64,000 nt of DNA, taken from positions 23,519-87,518 of the forward strand of contig UQIB01000001.1 in NCBI GenBank assembly GCA_900541015.1, given 5' to 3'. A model generated the notes under the pieces. The model was not told the origin of the DNA and ran no database searches. It saw nothing but the letters and a program-made list of their open reading frames with translations. Each line of letters starts with the position of its first letter. Positions within the stretch are counted from its first letter, which is position 1. The position numbers were made by a program, and so were the translations under genes. Source of the stretch: an uncultured Collinsella sp. GTDB lineage: Bacteria; Actinomycetota; Coriobacteriia; Coriobacteriales; Coriobacteriaceae. Positions 1 to 10,348 of this stretch are shown in pieces.

Positions 1-47
1 CCCCTGCCGTCGATCCGCTCGATCCTACGGGCGCGACCGGTCAGTTT

Positions 48-560
48 ATGCCCGATCCCTCGGACACCGGCTTCTTTACACTGTCAGAGTCCGAGATGGT
101 CCAGCAGGACCGTCAGGATCGTAAGCAGGCCAAGGTCCGTCGTCGCCATCGCCACACGGGTCTTAAAGTCTTCATTGTGCTGCTTCTGCTCATTTTGATC
201 GCCGCGGGCGGCCTGGGCTTTGCCTACACGCGCGGCTTTGGCTTCCCGTCTCAGGAATCTGTGGTTTCCGATCTGTTCCAGGCTGCCGGCGACGGTGACA
301 CCGCAAAGGCCGAGTCTTGCCTGGCCTCGAGCCTGTCCGAGGACGCCAAGTCGATGATCATCTCCTCGATTCCGCAGGGTGCCACCGTGTCCGTCGAGGG
401 CACGGATCAGTCCATGACCGAGACGACCGCCAAGGTGAAGGCATCGCTGTCCAAGGGCGGCGAGCAGGAGTACACCGTCAAATTCGTGCGCTCCGACAAC
501 CATATCGGCTGGGCCGTTTCCTCGCTCGATATGGATTTCTCGGCTGCTGACAACCAGTAG
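48..560 (+). CDS. hypothetical membrane-anchored protein with a single N-terminal TM helix (LKVFIVLLLLILIAAGGLGFAY) and a soluble Ser/Thr-rich domain
   Basis: ORF with coding-like codon usage; clear hydrophobic helix after a basic stretch (RRRHRH); no motif I recognise. Confidence 0.4.
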   Translation: MPDPSDTGFFTLSESEMVQQDRQDRKQAKVRRRHRHTGLKVFIVLLLLILIAAGGLGFAYTRGFGFPSQESVVSDLFQAAGDGDTAKAESCLASSLSEDAKSMIISSIPQGATVSVEGTDQSMTETTAKVKASLSKGGEQEYTVKFVRSDNHIGWAVSSLDMDFSAADNQ

Positions 561-675
561 TGACCTTATGGGATTTAGCTTTGCCCGGCGCTTCACCGCA
601 AGTGAGGTGCCGGGCTTGCGCTAGTATGATGAGCTAGTAGTTTTCCAGCAATCATCCAACACATCAGGAGTTGCG

Positions 676-1719
676 TTGTTTTCTTTGATGGATATGTTCT
701 TCGGTAGCTATGCGGGCGATCTTGCCATCGACCTCGGCACCGCAAATACGCTTGTCTCCGTGCGCGGCAAGGGCATCGTCATTCGCGAGCCCTCTGTTGT
801 CGCCATCGACAAGAACGACGAGCGCATCCTGGCGGTCGGTATCGAGGCAAAGCGCATGCTCGGCCGTACGCCCGGCAACATCGTGGCCGTTCGTCCCCTG
901 AAGGACGGCGTCATCGCCGACTTCGATGTTACCGAGGCCATGCTTCGCTACTTTATCGACAAGGCGTCTGAGAAGCGCTATCCGTGGACCCCGCGTCCGC
1001 GTGTTGTCGTCTGCGTTCCTTCCGGTGTCACGTCGGTCGAGAAGCGTGCTGTCTTTGAGGCCACGATCCAGGCCGGTGCCCGCCAGGCCTATCTGATCGA
1101 GGAGCCCATGGCTGCCGCTATCGGCGCCGACCTGCCCGTCGAGGAGCCCACCGGCTCCATGGTCATCGACATCGGTGGCGGTACCACCGAGGTCGCCGTT
1201 ATCGCCATGGGCGGCATTGTCGTCTCGCAGTCCATCCGTATTGCCGGCGACGAGTTCGACCAGGCTATCCTCACGCACGTTCGCGATGCCTACAACCTGG
1301 CCATCGGCGAGCGCACGGCAGAGGATATCAAGATTAAGGTCGGCTCCGCCGTGCCGCTCAAGGACGAGCTCGACGTCGAGGTCAACGGCCGCGACGTGAT
1401 CACCGGTCTGCCCAAGACCGTGCGCATCGAGAGCGAGGAGATTCGTCGCGCGCTCAACAAGCCGCTCGACGAGATGGCCAAGGCCGTCAAGGACGCCCTC
1501 GATGCCACGCCGCCCGATCTTGCCTCTGACCTTATGTACTACGGCATTTTGCTGACCGGTGGTGGCGCTCTGCTACGCGGTCTCGACGTGCGTCTGCGCG
1601 ATGAGACCGGCGTTTCGGTCAACGTCAGCCCCACGGCGCTCGATAACGTCGTTAACGGCTGTGCCCGCGTGCTCGAGGCCAATGCGTTTGATGGCGGCTT
1701 CGTCCAGACCAATGCTTAA
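676..1719 (+). CDS. mreB: rod shape-determining protein MreB (actin-like ATPase)
   Basis: DLGTANT, GGGTTEVAV and IEEPMAAAIGA motifs typical of MreB; TTG start 5 nt after AGGAG (a downstream ATG at 688/694 is also possible). Confidence 0.9.
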   Translation: MFSLMDMFFGSYAGDLAIDLGTANTLVSVRGKGIVIREPSVVAIDKNDERILAVGIEAKRMLGRTPGNIVAVRPLKDGVIADFDVTEAMLRYFIDKASEKRYPWTPRPRVVVCVPSGVTSVEKRAVFEATIQAGARQAYLIEEPMAAAIGADLPVEEPTGSMVIDIGGGTTEVAVIAMGGIVVSQSIRIAGDEFDQAILTHVRDAYNLAIGERTAEDIKIKVGSAVPLKDELDVEVNGRDVITGLPKTVRIESEEIRRALNKPLDEMAKAVKDALDATPPDLASDLMYYGILLTGGGALLRGLDVRLRDETGVSVNVSPTALDNVVNGCARVLEANAFDGGFVQTNA

Positions 1720-1740
1720 TTTCCAAAAGGTGGATTCCAT

Positions 1741-2739
1741 TTGGCACGATCTTCGGGTTTCTCCACAAATCTGAATACCAAGCGACAATCAACGGGTATG
1801 CGCCCGTTGATTGTTTTCAGCCTGATTTCGGTGTTGCTGCTCACGTTTTACATCCGCGAGGGCGAGGCAGGGCCGATTCATGCCGTGCGTTCGGGCGTAA
1901 CGACGATTACCTCGCCGGTGCGCTTTGTGGGTTCGGCTGTGGCGGCTCCTTTCAATGCCATCGGCAACGTGTTCTCTAACCTTACGGCGTCGCAGGACAC
2001 GCTCGACGAGCTCAAGAAGCAAAACGAGGAACTGACCTCTAAGGTTGCTGAGCTCTCCGAGGCTCAAAAGACCGCTGAGCGTCTGGAGGGGCTGGTCGGC
2101 CTGCAGTCGACCTATAACCTCAAATCGACCGCTGCTCGTATCGTTGGTGCCTCGGGCGATGCCTGGACCTCGACCGTTACCATCGACAAGGGCTCTGCCG
2201 ACGGCCTTACCATCAACATGCCCGTGACGAGTTCTGCCGGTGTTATCGGCCAGATTATCGAGGTATCGGCTAAGACATCGACCGTGCGCCTGATTGGCGA
2301 CGAGAACTCGGGCGTGTCCGCCATGGTGCAGGACACGCGCGCCCAGGGCATGCTTCAGGGTCAGGCTGACGGCACACTGCGTCTTGAGTACGTGAGCGTC
2401 GACTCCGACGTTAAGGTTGGCGACATCATCGTAACCTCGGGCATTGGCGGTGTGTTCCCTAAGGGTCTACCGCTCGGCACCGTCTCGTCGGTCGAGAAAT
2501 CGGCAAACGACGTGTACTACACCATTGTGGTGCGCGCTCAGACCACGGCCGAGAACAACGAGGAAGTGCTGGTCATTACCTCGCTGACCGACGAACAGTC
2601 GGCTTCGGATGAGGACGTGAGCACGGCCAACAGCACGCCGCAGGGAACGTCGCGCGATGCTGCGACCAAGACGAAGGACGAGAGTTCGGACGACAGTTCC
2701 GACACGTCCGAGACGACCGACTCCGGCTCGAGCGAATAG
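1741..2739 (+). CDS. mreC: rod shape-determining protein MreC with a Ser/Asp/Glu-rich C-terminal tail
   Basis: Position after mreB; N-terminal TM helix, coiled-coil (LDELKKQNEELTSKVAELSEAQ) and β-rich domain typical of MreC; true start may be the internal Met near 1798. Confidence 0.8.
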   Translation: MARSSGFSTNLNTKRQSTGMRPLIVFSLISVLLLTFYIREGEAGPIHAVRSGVTTITSPVRFVGSAVAAPFNAIGNVFSNLTASQDTLDELKKQNEELTSKVAELSEAQKTAERLEGLVGLQSTYNLKSTAARIVGASGDAWTSTVTIDKGSADGLTINMPVTSSAGVIGQIIEVSAKTSTVRLIGDENSGVSAMVQDTRAQGMLQGQADGTLRLEYVSVDSDVKVGDIIVTSGIGGVFPKGLPLGTVSSVEKSANDVYYTIVVRAQTTAENNEEVLVITSLTDEQSASDEDVSTANSTPQGTSRDAATKTKDESSDDSSDTSETTDSGSSE

Positions 2740-2744
2740 GGGGC

Positions 2745-3317
2745 ATGTCCATGGATCTACACGAGCAGGGGATGAGCTCCCGTACGTTTGTGATCGCCGC
2801 CATCGTGTGCGTGCTGCTGCAGGCAGGCCTGGCACCGCAGATCTCCATTGCGGGCGGTCGCGTCAACTTCATGATTATCCTGGTGTGCCTAAGCGTGTTC
2901 TCGGGCGACCCGACCCGTGCCGTCGTGTGCGGATTTTGCAGCGGCTTGTTTTATGACCTGTCCGCTGCCGTGCCGGTGGGCGTTATGTCGCTCCTGCTGA
3001 CCGTGGGTTCTTTTGCCCTGGTGCACAGTGCCGTCGGTCAGACGGGCGGTAGCCCGAGTGCGCGCGGCGTCACCGTGGGCGCCTTCGCGCTCGCCATTAA
3101 TGTGATCTACAGCATCATCTTGCTGTTTATGGGTTTGGAGACGAGCTTTGTCGTGGCGATCTTCGGCCATGCACTGCCGTCCTCGATCCTGACGGGTCTG
3201 GTTGCCATTCCGTTTTTGATGTCCGGCGTCGTGCCGCAGTCCGGCTATGGATTCTCCGCACGTGGCGGACGCCAGACGGGTATGCGCTTTAAGCCCAAGA
3301 CCCGCAAGCTCAAATAG
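2745..3317 (+). CDS. mreD: rod shape-determining protein MreD (polytopic membrane protein)
   Basis: Small, very hydrophobic multi-TM protein directly after mreC in the mreBCD arrangement. Confidence 0.7.
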   Translation: MSMDLHEQGMSSRTFVIAAIVCVLLQAGLAPQISIAGGRVNFMIILVCLSVFSGDPTRAVVCGFCSGLFYDLSAAVPVGVMSLLLTVGSFALVHSAVGQTGGSPSARGVTVGAFALAINVIYSIILLFMGLETSFVVAIFGHALPSSILTGLVAIPFLMSGVVPQSGYGFSARGGRQTGMRFKPKTRKLK

Positions 3318-3330
3318 GGGAGGCCCGTAG

Positions 3331-5400
3331 ATGTCTTCCCAGATGACGGTTATTATCGCCGGTATCGTGCTGGTTGTGGCCATCGTGGTCGCGCTGGTCA
3401 TCATGCGTCGGGGCGATTCCCGTTTTACCTACGATACGCAGCATGGAACGGCCCCGCGCGCCACCGAGGGCGAGGGCAATACCGCGGCGACCGCCTTTAA
3501 GGGCCGCTTTTCCATCCTCACCGCGGGTGTGGGCGCGATGTTTGCGGCGCTTGCCGTTAAGCTGTGGGGCATGCAGATGGTCTCGTCGGACTATTACGAG
3601 AAGCAGGCCAATAGTAATCAGACTCGCACCGTTACCACACCCGCTGTGCGCGGTCGCATCCTCGACCGCAACGGCGTGGCGCTTGTCCAGAACCGTCCCT
3701 CACTTGCTGTCGTGGCCTACCGCGACCTTGCCGAGGATGAGGTTCTGGTTCGCCATCTTGCCAACGTGCTTGGAATGCCCTACGTGGCGGTCCTTCGCAA
3801 TATTCAGGACAATACAGAGGGCGCTCAGAGCCTGCATACCATCGCGACGGACGTCCGTCGTTCCACGGTTGCCTATATTCAGGAGCATGCCGGCGAGTTC
3901 CCAGGCGTCAAGATTGCCGAGCGTACCGAGCGCCAGTATCCATATGGCGAGACGGCATGCCATATCTTGGGCTATACCGGCACCATTACCTCCGAGCAGC
4001 TCGAGGCCCAGAATAAGAAAACCTCTGGCGATGATGATGCTTCTGCTGGCAAGATTACGTACCAGTCGGGCGATATCGTGGGCCAGGCGGGCGTTGAGAG
4101 CTACTACGAAAACCTGCTGCAGGGTATTCGTGGCGAGCAGACCGTCAAGGTCGATGCCTCGGGCAATGTGACCGGTCAGGCCGGCGCCGTGCCCGCGAAG
4201 GCCGGCTCCGACATTAAGCTCACGCTCGACCTTAAGATCCAGCAGGCCTGCGAGACGGCGCTGGCGAGCGCTATCGAGCTTGCCAAGACCACTGGCTACA
4301 GCAATGCCGGCAACGGCGCTGTAGTGTGTCTCGATCCCAACAATGGCGAGATCCTGGGCATGGCGAGCCAGCCCAAGTTCGATCCGTCCGTCTTTATCGG
4401 CGGCGTCTCAAATGACGTGTGGACCGAGCTCAATGATGACAAGGGTTCGCACCCGCTGCTCAACCGCGCCATTAGCGGACAGTACATGTCGGCCTCGACC
4501 ATCAAGCCGCTCTCGGCGCTGGCCGGTCTTGAGTTTGGAACCTACACTTCAACGCAGACAACCAACTGCACGGGCTATTGGACGGGCCTGGGCAAGGCTT
4601 GGGGCAAGCGCTGCTGGCTGACGTCTGGCCACGGCACCATGACGCTGCAGTCGGGTATCGCCAACTCGTGCGACCCCGTCTTCTACGACATGGGCAAGGC
4701 GTTCTTTTATGACGAGCAACATCCCGAGGGCCTGCAGGAGGTCTTTCGTCGCTGGGGTCTAGGCAAGACCTGCGGTATCGATCTGCCGAGTGAGGGCGCG
4801 GGCCGTATTCCCGATGCCGAGTGGAAAGAGTCGTACTTCACCGACGCCTCTGCCGAGGACCGCAAGTGGAATGCCGGCGATATGACCAACATTGCCATCG
4901 GCCAGGGTGACATTTTGGTGACGCCCCTGCAGATGGCGTGTGCCTATATGGGTCTTGCCAACGGCGGCAAACAGTACGTGCCTCACGTGTTTTTGTCTGC
5001 CGTGTCGCGCGATGGCGACGGCGATGCCTATAAGTACAACGGAAAGGGTAAGAAGAAGCGCCTGGAGGCCAAGATCAACAGCGATTCGGATTTGGCTCTT
5101 GTCCGCAACGGCATGCACGACGTGATTTACACGGCATCGACGTCCCTGGCGGCGCACTTTGACACCCTGACGCCGCAGGTATACGGCAAGTCGGGCACGG
5201 GCGAGAAAAGCGGCGAGGACGAATACGCGTGGTTCTGCGCCTATGCACCGGCCGATGATCCCAAGTATGTCATCGCTACTGTCCTGGAGCAGGGCGGCGG
5301 TGGCTCAGATACCGCGATGCATGTCGTGCGTGACGTGCTCGGCGTGATTTATGACGAGCCCGATACCTCTTCGGCCTCGGGCGATTCTTCGGTTCGATAG
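3331..5400 (+). CDS. mrdA: penicillin-binding protein 2 (elongation transpeptidase)
   Basis: N-terminal TM anchor, SASTIKP (SxxK) and KSGTG motifs; lies between mreD and rodA. Confidence 0.85.
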   Translation: MSSQMTVIIAGIVLVVAIVVALVIMRRGDSRFTYDTQHGTAPRATEGEGNTAATAFKGRFSILTAGVGAMFAALAVKLWGMQMVSSDYYEKQANSNQTRTVTTPAVRGRILDRNGVALVQNRPSLAVVAYRDLAEDEVLVRHLANVLGMPYVAVLRNIQDNTEGAQSLHTIATDVRRSTVAYIQEHAGEFPGVKIAERTERQYPYGETACHILGYTGTITSEQLEAQNKKTSGDDDASAGKITYQSGDIVGQAGVESYYENLLQGIRGEQTVKVDASGNVTGQAGAVPAKAGSDIKLTLDLKIQQACETALASAIELAKTTGYSNAGNGAVVCLDPNNGEILGMASQPKFDPSVFIGGVSNDVWTELNDDKGSHPLLNRAISGQYMSASTIKPLSALAGLEFGTYTSTQTTNCTGYWTGLGKAWGKRCWLTSGHGTMTLQSGIANSCDPVFYDMGKAFFYDEQHPEGLQEVFRRWGLGKTCGIDLPSEGAGRIPDAEWKESYFTDASAEDRKWNAGDMTNIAIGQGDILVTPLQMACAYMGLANGGKQYVPHVFLSAVSRDGDGDAYKYNGKGKKKRLEAKINSDSDLALVRNGMHDVIYTASTSLAAHFDTLTPQVYGKSGTGEKSGEDEYAWFCAYAPADDPKYVIATVLEQGGGGSDTAMHVVRDVLGVIYDEPDTSSASGDSSVR

Positions 5401-5409
5401 GAGGTTGCG

Positions 5410-6636
5410 ATGGATTTTTCTCCGGCGGATCTGTTCCGTTCAACCAAGACCGGCTCTCGCAGCAGCCTGGACCGTGTCAACAAGCAACTTTCGGCCTCGC
5501 GCGGCACGTTTCGCCAAAAGGTGCATATCGGTGTGCTCGTGGCTACTGTGGCCCTCGTCGCCTACGGTGCCATCATTATCTGGTCGGCTTCGCAGTTTAA
5601 GGCCGATGCTTCGTTCTCACGCCATCTGCTGGGAATTGGAATCGGTACGGTGCTGGCGGTGCTGGTCTGGCGTACCGACTTGCGCGGTATTTCCAATTTC
5701 TCGACGGCGTTGCTCGTCATCGACCTGATCGTGATCCTCTCGCCCAAGATTCCGGGTCTGTCCTATACAGGCGGTCTGGGCATGACGGGCTGGATCAAGA
5801 TTCCCGGTATCGGCTTGACATTCCAGCCGGTTGAGCTTGCCAAGCTCATCACCATCTTCTTTATTGCTACGCTTGGCTCGCAGTATAACGGTCGCATCGA
5901 TACCGTTCGTGACTACGTCAAGCTCTGCGGCATGCTGTCCATTCCGTTTTTGGCCGTCGTTGCCATGGGCGACCTGGGCTCGGGCCTGGTCGTGCTGGTT
6001 TCAGGCGCCATCGTCATCTGTATGAGCGGTGCACGCCGCGAATGGGTGCTGTCGACCTTGGCCCTGCTCGTGGGCCTGGTGGCCCTCGTCCTGGCGCTCG
6101 ATTCGGTCTTTGATTCGTTGCTCGGCCACGATGTGCTCATCAAGCAGTATCAGATGAACCGTCTGACGGTCTTTATCGACCCCGATAATGCCGATTCGGA
6201 CGATGCCTACAACCTGCAGCAGTCGCTTATCGCCGTTGGCTCGGGCGGCTTCTTTGGTAAGGGTTTGGGCCATGCGACGCAGTCGGCCGGCGGCTTTCTG
6301 CCTGAGTTCCACACCGACTTCGTCTTCGCCTTCCTGTCCGAGACCTTTGGCTTTTGCGGTTCCTTTTTGCTCCTGTGCCTCTACGTGCTGCTGATCTTTT
6401 CGACGATTCGCGTCGCCTTTAAGTGTGAGTCGCTGTTTTTGCGTCTTTCGTGTGTGGGCATCGTTGGCATGTGGGCGTTTCAGACTTTCGAAAACATCGG
6501 CATGTGCATCGGCATGATGCCGATTACCGGTATTCCGCTACCGTTTATTAGCTTCGGTTCGTCTTCGATGATGATTCAGCTGCTGACGGTGGGTATCGTA
6601 CAATCCATATGGCGGCATCGTTCGGGCGCCGCGTAA
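5410..6636 (+). CDS. rodA: peptidoglycan polymerase RodA (SEDS family)
   Basis: Ten-TM FtsW/RodA/SpoVE-type sequence directly downstream of PBP2. Confidence 0.85.
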   Translation: MDFSPADLFRSTKTGSRSSLDRVNKQLSASRGTFRQKVHIGVLVATVALVAYGAIIIWSASQFKADASFSRHLLGIGIGTVLAVLVWRTDLRGISNFSTALLVIDLIVILSPKIPGLSYTGGLGMTGWIKIPGIGLTFQPVELAKLITIFFIATLGSQYNGRIDTVRDYVKLCGMLSIPFLAVVAMGDLGSGLVVLVSGAIVICMSGARREWVLSTLALLVGLVALVLALDSVFDSLLGHDVLIKQYQMNRLTVFIDPDNADSDDAYNLQQSLIAVGSGGFFGKGLGHATQSAGGFLPEFHTDFVFAFLSETFGFCGSFLLLCLYVLLIFSTIRVAFKCESLFLRLSCVGIVGMWAFQTFENIGMCIGMMPITGIPLPFISFGSSSMMIQLLTVGIVQSIWRHRSGAA

Positions 6637-6654
6637 CCGCTGGAGGGGTTTGCT

Positions 6655-7584
6655 ATGAAAATTCCCGTAGATAAGCTGACCCGCGCTTTTAAGATGGGCG
6701 CGTCCGTTAAGAAGGATTCCGATACGCCGGTGCGCGTCTCGGTCTATCTGGATTCGTCCGCCTCGCGCTTTCTGGCCGAGACGGTGCGTGACGCCTTTGT
6801 GCCGCAGACGACCTCGGGCATTGTGCGCGTCGAGCGTCTGGGGGAGGAGCGAATTGCTCCAAAGACCGATACCGATGTGGTGCTGGTGCTCTCGTGTGGT
6901 TCCGACCGCTTGGAGAGTGCCGTGCAGGAGCTCGTGATCGCCGGCGCGCCCGTGTGCGTGCTTGCCGAGTCTGCTGTGGAGGTGCCGTTTATCGAGGAGT
7001 CCACGCCCATGCTCGGCATGGTAGCGGCAACCGATAAGACGTATCTGCTCGAGACGCTTGCCCGCTGGATTCTCGATCGCACCGACAAGGAAACGGCTTT
7101 TGCGGCGAACTTTGCCTTTATGCGCATCGCGGCGGCCAACCGTATCATCACCTCGTGCGCGCTCACCAATATGGCGACCGGTGCGCTGGTGTTTTTGCCG
7201 GGCGCCGATTATCCCGTTATGGCGCTGGCGCAGGTGGGCATGCTCTTTGAGCTCGCTGCCGTCTTTGGACGCGGCATTAAGCCTGAGCGCGGCTACGAGG
7301 TCGCGGGCGTGCTTGCCGGCGGTCTTGTGATCCGCGCGGTCACCCGCGCACTCGTCAAGCAGACGCCGCATATTGGGTTTGCCGTCAAGGCGCTCACTGC
7401 TGCCGCGGGCACCTATGGCATGGGCCGTGCGCTCGTTTCGCTCTACGAGCGCGATGTCGACTACAGCCGTGCCAACGAGGTGGTTACTGCCACGTTCTCC
7501 CGCGTTCGCGATCTGGTGACCACGGTCGCGGGCGCTACCCGTCCTATGGCGTCCTATCAGGACGCATCAGATCTCGCTGCTTAG
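6655..7584 (+). CDS. conserved hypothetical protein; N-terminal α/β region and C-terminal hydrophobic helices, possibly DUF697-like
   Basis: Long ORF with good codon usage; C-terminal segment (ALVFLPGADYPVMALAQVGMLFELAAVFGRGI) loosely resembles the YcjF/DUF697 core, judged from memory only. Confidence 0.45.
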   Translation: MKIPVDKLTRAFKMGASVKKDSDTPVRVSVYLDSSASRFLAETVRDAFVPQTTSGIVRVERLGEERIAPKTDTDVVLVLSCGSDRLESAVQELVIAGAPVCVLAESAVEVPFIEESTPMLGMVAATDKTYLLETLARWILDRTDKETAFAANFAFMRIAAANRIITSCALTNMATGALVFLPGADYPVMALAQVGMLFELAAVFGRGIKPERGYEVAGVLAGGLVIRAVTRALVKQTPHIGFAVKALTAAAGTYGMGRALVSLYERDVDYSRANEVVTATFSRVRDLVTTVAGATRPMASYQDASDLAA

Positions 7585-7594
7585 GGGTTTTCCG

Positions 7595-9472
7595 TTGCGC
7601 GTTGCATACCAAGATTGTTTTCATTTAATTGAGCCGCTGCTCGCCAAGGTCGAGAAGCCGAGTCGCTATATCGATCACGAGTGGGGCACGCTTTCCAAGG
7701 CCGATGCCGACTACCGTTGCTGCCTGATCTACCCGGATGTGTACGAGGTTGGTCTGCCCAACCAGGGCATCGCCATCCTCTACAACATCCTTAACCAGGC
7801 CGAGGGCATCTCCTGCGAGCGTGGCTATGTGCCGTGGCCCGATATGGGTGATGCCATGCGCGAGGCGGGTATTCCGCTGCTGTCGCTCGAGGGTGCAGCG
7901 CCGGTCGCTTCGTTTGATATCGTCGGTCTGCATGTGCCGCACGAGATGGCGGTGACGAACTTCCTCGAGGCACTCGACCTCGCTGGTATTCCGCTGTTAG
8001 CGGCTGACCGCACCGAGGACGACCCCATTATCATCGCCGGCGGCCCCTCGGTGTACAACCCCGAGCCGTACGCGGCCTTCTTCGATGCCATCCTTATCGG
8101 TGAGGGCGAGGAATCGCTGCTCGAGACCTGCCAGCTGCATCGCCGCTTGCGTGACGAAGGGGTCCCGCGCGCGCAGATTGTTGAGCAGCTTGCATCCATT
8201 GCCGGCAACTACGTGCCGTCGCTCTATGAGGTTCGTCACGACGAGCCCTGCTCGCCGCATGGCTACACCGTGCCGCGTGAGGGCAAGGATGCGCCGACCG
8301 TGGTCTACAAGCGCGTCGTCGAGGATTTCGGCGCCACGAATCCGCTGTCACAGTCGTGCGTGCCCTATGCGCAGCTGGTTCACGACCGCCTGTCTATCGA
8401 GATCCTGCGTGGCTGCGCCCGCGGCTGTCGTTTTTGCCAGGCCGGCATGACGTATCGCCCGGTGCGCGAGCGCTCGGCCGACCAGATTGTCTCGTCGGTG
8501 ATTCAGGGTCTGGAAAAGACCGGCTATGATGAGGTGTCGCTGACCTCGCTCTCCACGACCGACCACTCCTGCATTCGGGACGTGCTCGGCAGGCTCAACC
8601 GTCGCCTGGAGGATACGGGTATTCGCGTGTCTATTCCGTCGCAGCGCCTGGATTCGTTTGGCGTGGATATGGCCGAGTCGGTTGCCGGCGAAAAGAAGGG
8701 CGGCCTGACGTTCGCGCCCGAGGCCGGCAGCCAGCGCATGCGCGACATCATTAACAAGAACGTGACCGAGGAGGACCTGGACCGTGCGGCCAAGGCGGCC
8801 TTCGAGGCCGGCTGGAACCGCATGAAGCTCTACTTTATGATGGGCCTTCCCGGCGAGCGCGACGAGGACATCGTGGCCATCGCCAATCTGGCCGATCACG
8901 TGCTGGAGCTCGGTCGCTCCGTGGTGCCCAAGGCTCGTCGCGGCTCGATCTCGGTGTCGATTTCGGTTTCGGTCTTTATCCCCAAGGCTGCCACGCCGTT
9001 CCAGTGGTGCCCGCAGCTCGACTACGACGACGTCAAGCGTCGCCAGAAGCTGCTTATCACGAGCGTTCGCAACCGTGCCGTCCGCGTGCATTACCACGAT
9101 GCCGAGACCTCGCTCATCGAGGCCGCGCTGTCCCGCGCCGGTCGTGACATGACGCCCGTCATCATCGACGCTTGGCGCTCGGGCTCTCGCTTTGACGCCT
9201 GGGTAGAGCATTTCTCGCTCGAGAACTGGAAGGAGGCTGCTGCCAAAAACGGCATTGACCTCAATGAGCTCGTGCACCTGCCCTACGAGTTGGACTGGCG
9301 CCTGCCGTGGGAGCATGTGAGCCCCGGCTGCACGCGCGGCTTCCTCGAACGCGAGTACCGTCGCTCGCTCGAGGGCGTCACGACTCCCGACTGCACCCGC
9401 ACGTCGTGCACCGGCTGCGGAATCTGCCCCACGCTCCACGCCAAGAATGTATTGATGGGTGATCGCGCATGA
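7595..9472 (+). CDS. radical SAM protein, TIGR03960 family (B12-binding-like N-terminal domain plus rSAM core), function unknown
   Basis: CxxxCxxC radical-SAM motif (CARGCRFCQAG); family usually adjacent to DUF2344; TTG start. Confidence 0.8.
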   Translation: MRVAYQDCFHLIEPLLAKVEKPSRYIDHEWGTLSKADADYRCCLIYPDVYEVGLPNQGIAILYNILNQAEGISCERGYVPWPDMGDAMREAGIPLLSLEGAAPVASFDIVGLHVPHEMAVTNFLEALDLAGIPLLAADRTEDDPIIIAGGPSVYNPEPYAAFFDAILIGEGEESLLETCQLHRRLRDEGVPRAQIVEQLASIAGNYVPSLYEVRHDEPCSPHGYTVPREGKDAPTVVYKRVVEDFGATNPLSQSCVPYAQLVHDRLSIEILRGCARGCRFCQAGMTYRPVRERSADQIVSSVIQGLEKTGYDEVSLTSLSTTDHSCIRDVLGRLNRRLEDTGIRVSIPSQRLDSFGVDMAESVAGEKKGGLTFAPEAGSQRMRDIINKNVTEEDLDRAAKAAFEAGWNRMKLYFMMGLPGERDEDIVAIANLADHVLELGRSVVPKARRGSISVSISVSVFIPKAATPFQWCPQLDYDDVKRRQKLLITSVRNRAVRVHYHDAETSLIEAALSRAGRDMTPVIIDAWRSGSRFDAWVEHFSLENWKEAAAKNGIDLNELVHLPYELDWRLPWEHVSPGCTRGFLEREYRRSLEGVTTPDCTRTSCTGCGICPTLHAKNVLMGDRA

Positions 9473-10281
9473 GTGAGCGCCTGACCGACAACCCCTCGCT
9501 CTTTAGGCTTCGTGTTCGCTATGGCAAGCGCGATCGCCTAAAGTACCTGGGCCATCTCGAAGTAATCCATACCATTGAGCGCATCGTGCGCCGTGCGGGA
9601 CTTCCCTATGCCGTCACGCAGGGCTTCTCTCCGCACATGCGCGTGGGCTTCTCTTCGGCGCTACCGGTGGGTACGTCGTCGACCTGCGAGTGGTATGACC
9701 TGTTTATGACCGAGTTCGTGGCGCTCGACGAGGCGTTTGGGCGCCTGGCTGCGGCGTCTCCGGCCGATCTGGCGCCCATCGAGGCGGCGTACATCGACGT
9801 GCGCACGCCGGCGTTGACGGCGCAGCTCACGCGCCTGTCGTATCGCATCGACCTGCACTTGGATCCCGAGGCGCCCGTAAGCGCCGACGAGGTGCGTCGT
9901 GCGATCGACACGCTGCGCGCGGGCCACGGCATCGACTACGCGCGCGGCAAAAAGAGCAAGCGCTTAGATTTGGATCACACGCTCGTGGGCTATGAGCTCA
10001 CGGCGGGGGAGCGCCCGGACCATTTGGTGCTCATGCTCGACACCCATGCCGACAACGAGGGCTCCATGCGTCCGGAAATTTTGCTTTCTGCTGCTGATGT
10101 TTTGTTGCAGGGCTTGACCCCGGGCGTGGATGCACCTATTGTTTCCACCGGTATGCAAGACCTCGTGACCATCTGCTCCTACGATGTCGAGCGTCAGAAT
10201 CAAGCATGCGAGGACGACGAGGGCCGACTCGTCAGCCCCATACCTGTGCGAACTTGTGGATTTGCTCCACATACTCGTTGA
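9469..10281 (+). CDS. radical SAM-associated protein, DUF2344/TIGR03936 family
   Basis: Starts 4 bp inside the upstream rSAM gene (ATGA overlap); N-terminus RVRYGKRDRLKYLGHLEVIHTIERIVRRAGLPYAVTQGFSPHMRVGF is characteristic of DUF2344. Confidence 0.75.
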   Translation: MSERLTDNPSLFRLRVRYGKRDRLKYLGHLEVIHTIERIVRRAGLPYAVTQGFSPHMRVGFSSALPVGTSSTCEWYDLFMTEFVALDEAFGRLAAASPADLAPIEAAYIDVRTPALTAQLTRLSYRIDLHLDPEAPVSADEVRRAIDTLRAGHGIDYARGKKSKRLDLDHTLVGYELTAGERPDHLVLMLDTHADNEGSMRPEILLSAADVLLQGLTPGVDAPIVSTGMQDLVTICSYDVERQNQACEDDEGRLVSPIPVRTCGFAPHTR

Positions 10282-10348
10282 CGGGGGTATTTTCGCCTGC
10301 TACTATATTCGGCTGTTGCACTAACTGATGCATGAAGGGCAAGTAAAC

